Below are positions 62,139 through 64,000 of a stretch of 64,000 nt of DNA, in pieces. Where the stretch lies: the NCBI GenBank assembly GCA_964554115.1, contig CAZKMT010000002.1:26629-90628 (forward strand). The letters are read 5' to 3'. The notes under the pieces were generated by a model. That model was not told the DNA's origin. It made no database searches and worked only from the letters and a program-made list of their open reading frames with translations. The DNA is from an uncultured Prevotella sp. Its GTDB lineage: Bacteria; Bacteroidota; Bacteroidia; Bacteroidales; Bacteroidaceae. The position numbers and the translations under genes are program-made. How positions within the stretch are numbered: the first letter of the stretch is position 1; each line of letters begins with the position of its first letter.

Positions 62139-63998
62139 TTAGAACTTGATGCTTGCTCCAAACTGCCAAGTGATGGTACTCGGCCCGTCGTCTTTCAGGC
62201 TTGCGCTTGCCCATTCAGGGTCGAAGCCCTTGTAGCTGGTAATCACGAACGGATTCGTCACCGTGCAATACAGGCGCAGATATGAACATCTGAATTTCTC
62301 TGTCCATTGTTTCGGGAAAGTATAACCGAGAGTTATGTTCTTGACTTTCCAATAAGATGCGTCAACATACGTGTTCAGTCCGTCAAGCCAATAGCTCGAA
62401 CCGGTGCCGCTGTTGGCCGCAGCGTTGTTAGGGAACGGATAGCTTCCGTAAACCGTAGTCTCCTGATAGACCGGATTGATGTAAGTACCGTCCGCGTTCA
62501 CTCCGTCACAGTCAATAAGCGTACCTGCCGGTATATAGAAGTCCACGTCAAGTTTCATTCGCCCGCGATCATTAAGGCCGAGATACTCGCCATAGAAAGC
62601 CGAGCTTACATAGTAATTCTGCTTCGTGTACAAGGATGCCGACAAGTCCCAGTTCTTATAGGTAACAGTGGTTGATATGCTTCCTGTCCATTTCGGATCC
62701 ATGTTATAGATTTTCTTGTCCTCGTCAGTAAACTGCCCGTCGCCGTTGCGGTCTACGATTATGGGCAAGCCTTCCGTCCATCCATAACACTTGTAATAAT
62801 ACTCATATTCCTTGACTGTCGTACCCGGGGTAAAGCCCATCCGGCGCGCTATCTCCGTGTCCGGCACAATCATATCCTTGTCGCTCACGATTCCGGCCCA
62901 CTCGTAGCCATAGATGTTGTTGACAGGATAGCCTATGAAAAGGTTGCCGGTATCGTCGTCCGATATCACGCTGCCGCCCACGCCATTGATGTCACGCACT
63001 TCATTATTGTTGTGTGCGAATGTGAATGTCGCGCTCCAGTTCCAGTCTTTCGTCTTGACAATATCCGTAGTGAGAGAAACCTCAACACCCGTGTTTCTCA
63101 CTGAACCGACATTCGTTGTCAAGCTGACACCGCCAGCCTCCAAAGGCAGGTCCACACTATAGAGCAAATCTTTGGAAGTCTTGACATACCAGTCGAAAGT
63201 ACCACGTATGCGTCCGTCCAAGAAACCGAAATCGAGACCCACGTTGAACTCGTTGGACTTCTCCCACGAAAGCTCAGAGTTCACTATGCCACTGGGATAA
63301 TATCCCTGGTAGTACGTGCTGCCAAACGGATAGTAGACAGGGCCGGATGTTGTCAGCTGTGTAGCATAGTTGCCAATGCCGCTGTTGTTACCGGTGACAC
63401 CATAAGAGAGGCGTATCTTGGCGTTGGAGAGCCAACTGCGCGTCTTGGCCATGAACGACTCCTCGGAAAGTCGCCAAGCGAATGCCACAGACGGGAAGCT
63501 GCCCCAACGGTGGCCATCGGCAAACCTTGAAGAACCATCCCAACGGATTGTGGCCGTCAACATGTAGCGGTCTTTCAATGTGTAGTTGGCACGGAGGGCA
63601 TACGAAATCATGCTGTATTCCGAATATGAGTTATAAGACTCATCGGCGTTGTACGATCCACTGTTGAGATTCCACCAATATGTGTCGTCAAGCACTCCAT
63701 TATAATATAGGTATTGGTACTCCGTGTCGGAATGCAGCATTGAGAACAATCCCATGACGTTCAGTCTGTGGTCGGTGCCAAAGGTGTTGTCGTAGGTTAT
63801 CATGTTGTCCCACGTCCAGTCAAAAGCCCTTTCCGTCTCCTTTGTCGCCGTATTCTCAGCGTCTCCTATGAGCGTGCCATAGAAATATCCCTCACGAGAA
63901 TAATCGAAGTTCGGAGAGAATGTTGACTTCAGGCTGAGCCCCTTGAACGGAGTTATCTGAAGATAGATATTTCCCAACGCGCGCCACTGCTGGAGATT
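62139..63998 (-). CDS. SusC/RagA TonB-dependent transporter, C-terminal part (open to window end)
   Basis: YALRANY, RWDGSSRF, WGSFPSVA, LSWEKS, DRNGDG, GFDPE, QFGASIKF. Confidence 0.95.
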   Translation of the reverse strand, partial: NLQQWRALGNIYLQITPFKGLSLKSTFSPNFDYSREGYFYGTLIGDAENTATKETERAFDWTWDNMITYDNTFGTDHRLNVMGLFSMLHSDTEYQYLYYNGVLDDTYWWNLNSGSYNADESYNSYSEYSMISYALRANYTLKDRYMLTATIRWDGSSRFADGHRWGSFPSVAFAWRLSEESFMAKTRSWLSNAKIRLSYGVTGNNSGIGNYATQLTTSGPVYYPFGSTYYQGYYPSGIVNSELSWEKSNEFNVGLDFGFLDGRIRGTFDWYVKTSKDLLYSVDLPLEAGGVSLTTNVGSVRNTGVEVSLTTDIVKTKDWNWSATFTFAHNNNEVRDINGVGGSVISDDDTGNLFIGYPVNNIYGYEWAGIVSDKDMIVPDTEIARRMGFTPGTTVKEYEYYYKCYGWTEGLPIIVDRNGDGQFTDEDKKIYNMDPKWTGSISTTVTYKNWDLSASLYTKQNYYVSSAFYGEYLGLNDRGRMKLDVDFYIPAGTLIDCDGVNADGTYINPVYQETTVYGSYPFPNNAAANSGTGSSYWLDGLNTYVDASYWKVKNITLGYTFPKQWTEKFRCSYLRLYCTVTNPFVITSYKGFDPEWASASLKDDGPSTITWQFGASIKF

Positions 63999-64000
63999 CA

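Overview
Chromosomal segment from a GC-rich Bacteroidales bacterium, probably Prevotellaceae (TAnnTTTG -7 promoters, T9SS C-terminal domains, SusC/SusD, Gln at mature N-termini). Most of it is housekeeping: purD operon, bamD-rpoZ, uvrB, mdh, metY, hpt-adk-obgE-pgeF-M23, nnr, rlpA, gdhA, nadK, pdxJ, DJ-1-ispD-recG. Three accessory parts: (i) a ~15 kb three-gene operon (21.8-36.7 kb) of very large T9SS-type surface proteins with BspA-like LRRs, InlB-B-like repeats, cohesin-like and dockerin-like modules and low-GC internal cassettes; (ii) an orphan GH43 translationally coupled to an ATP-grasp-like protein; (iii) the 3' half of a lower-GC SusC/SusD locus. I found no rRNA, tRNA, CRISPR array, transposase or integrase. 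The least explained signal is a dispersed intergenic element in four copies (about 8.9, 15.8, 38.5 and 49.6 kb) built on a 22-bp-period quasi-palindromic array. Two copies are collinear over ~223 bp in opposite orientation, with conserved ends and fixed spacing despite diverged linkers. All calls come from manual reading and motif recognition; no database search was run, so novelty is untested. GC figures are hand counts of single 60-nt lines.
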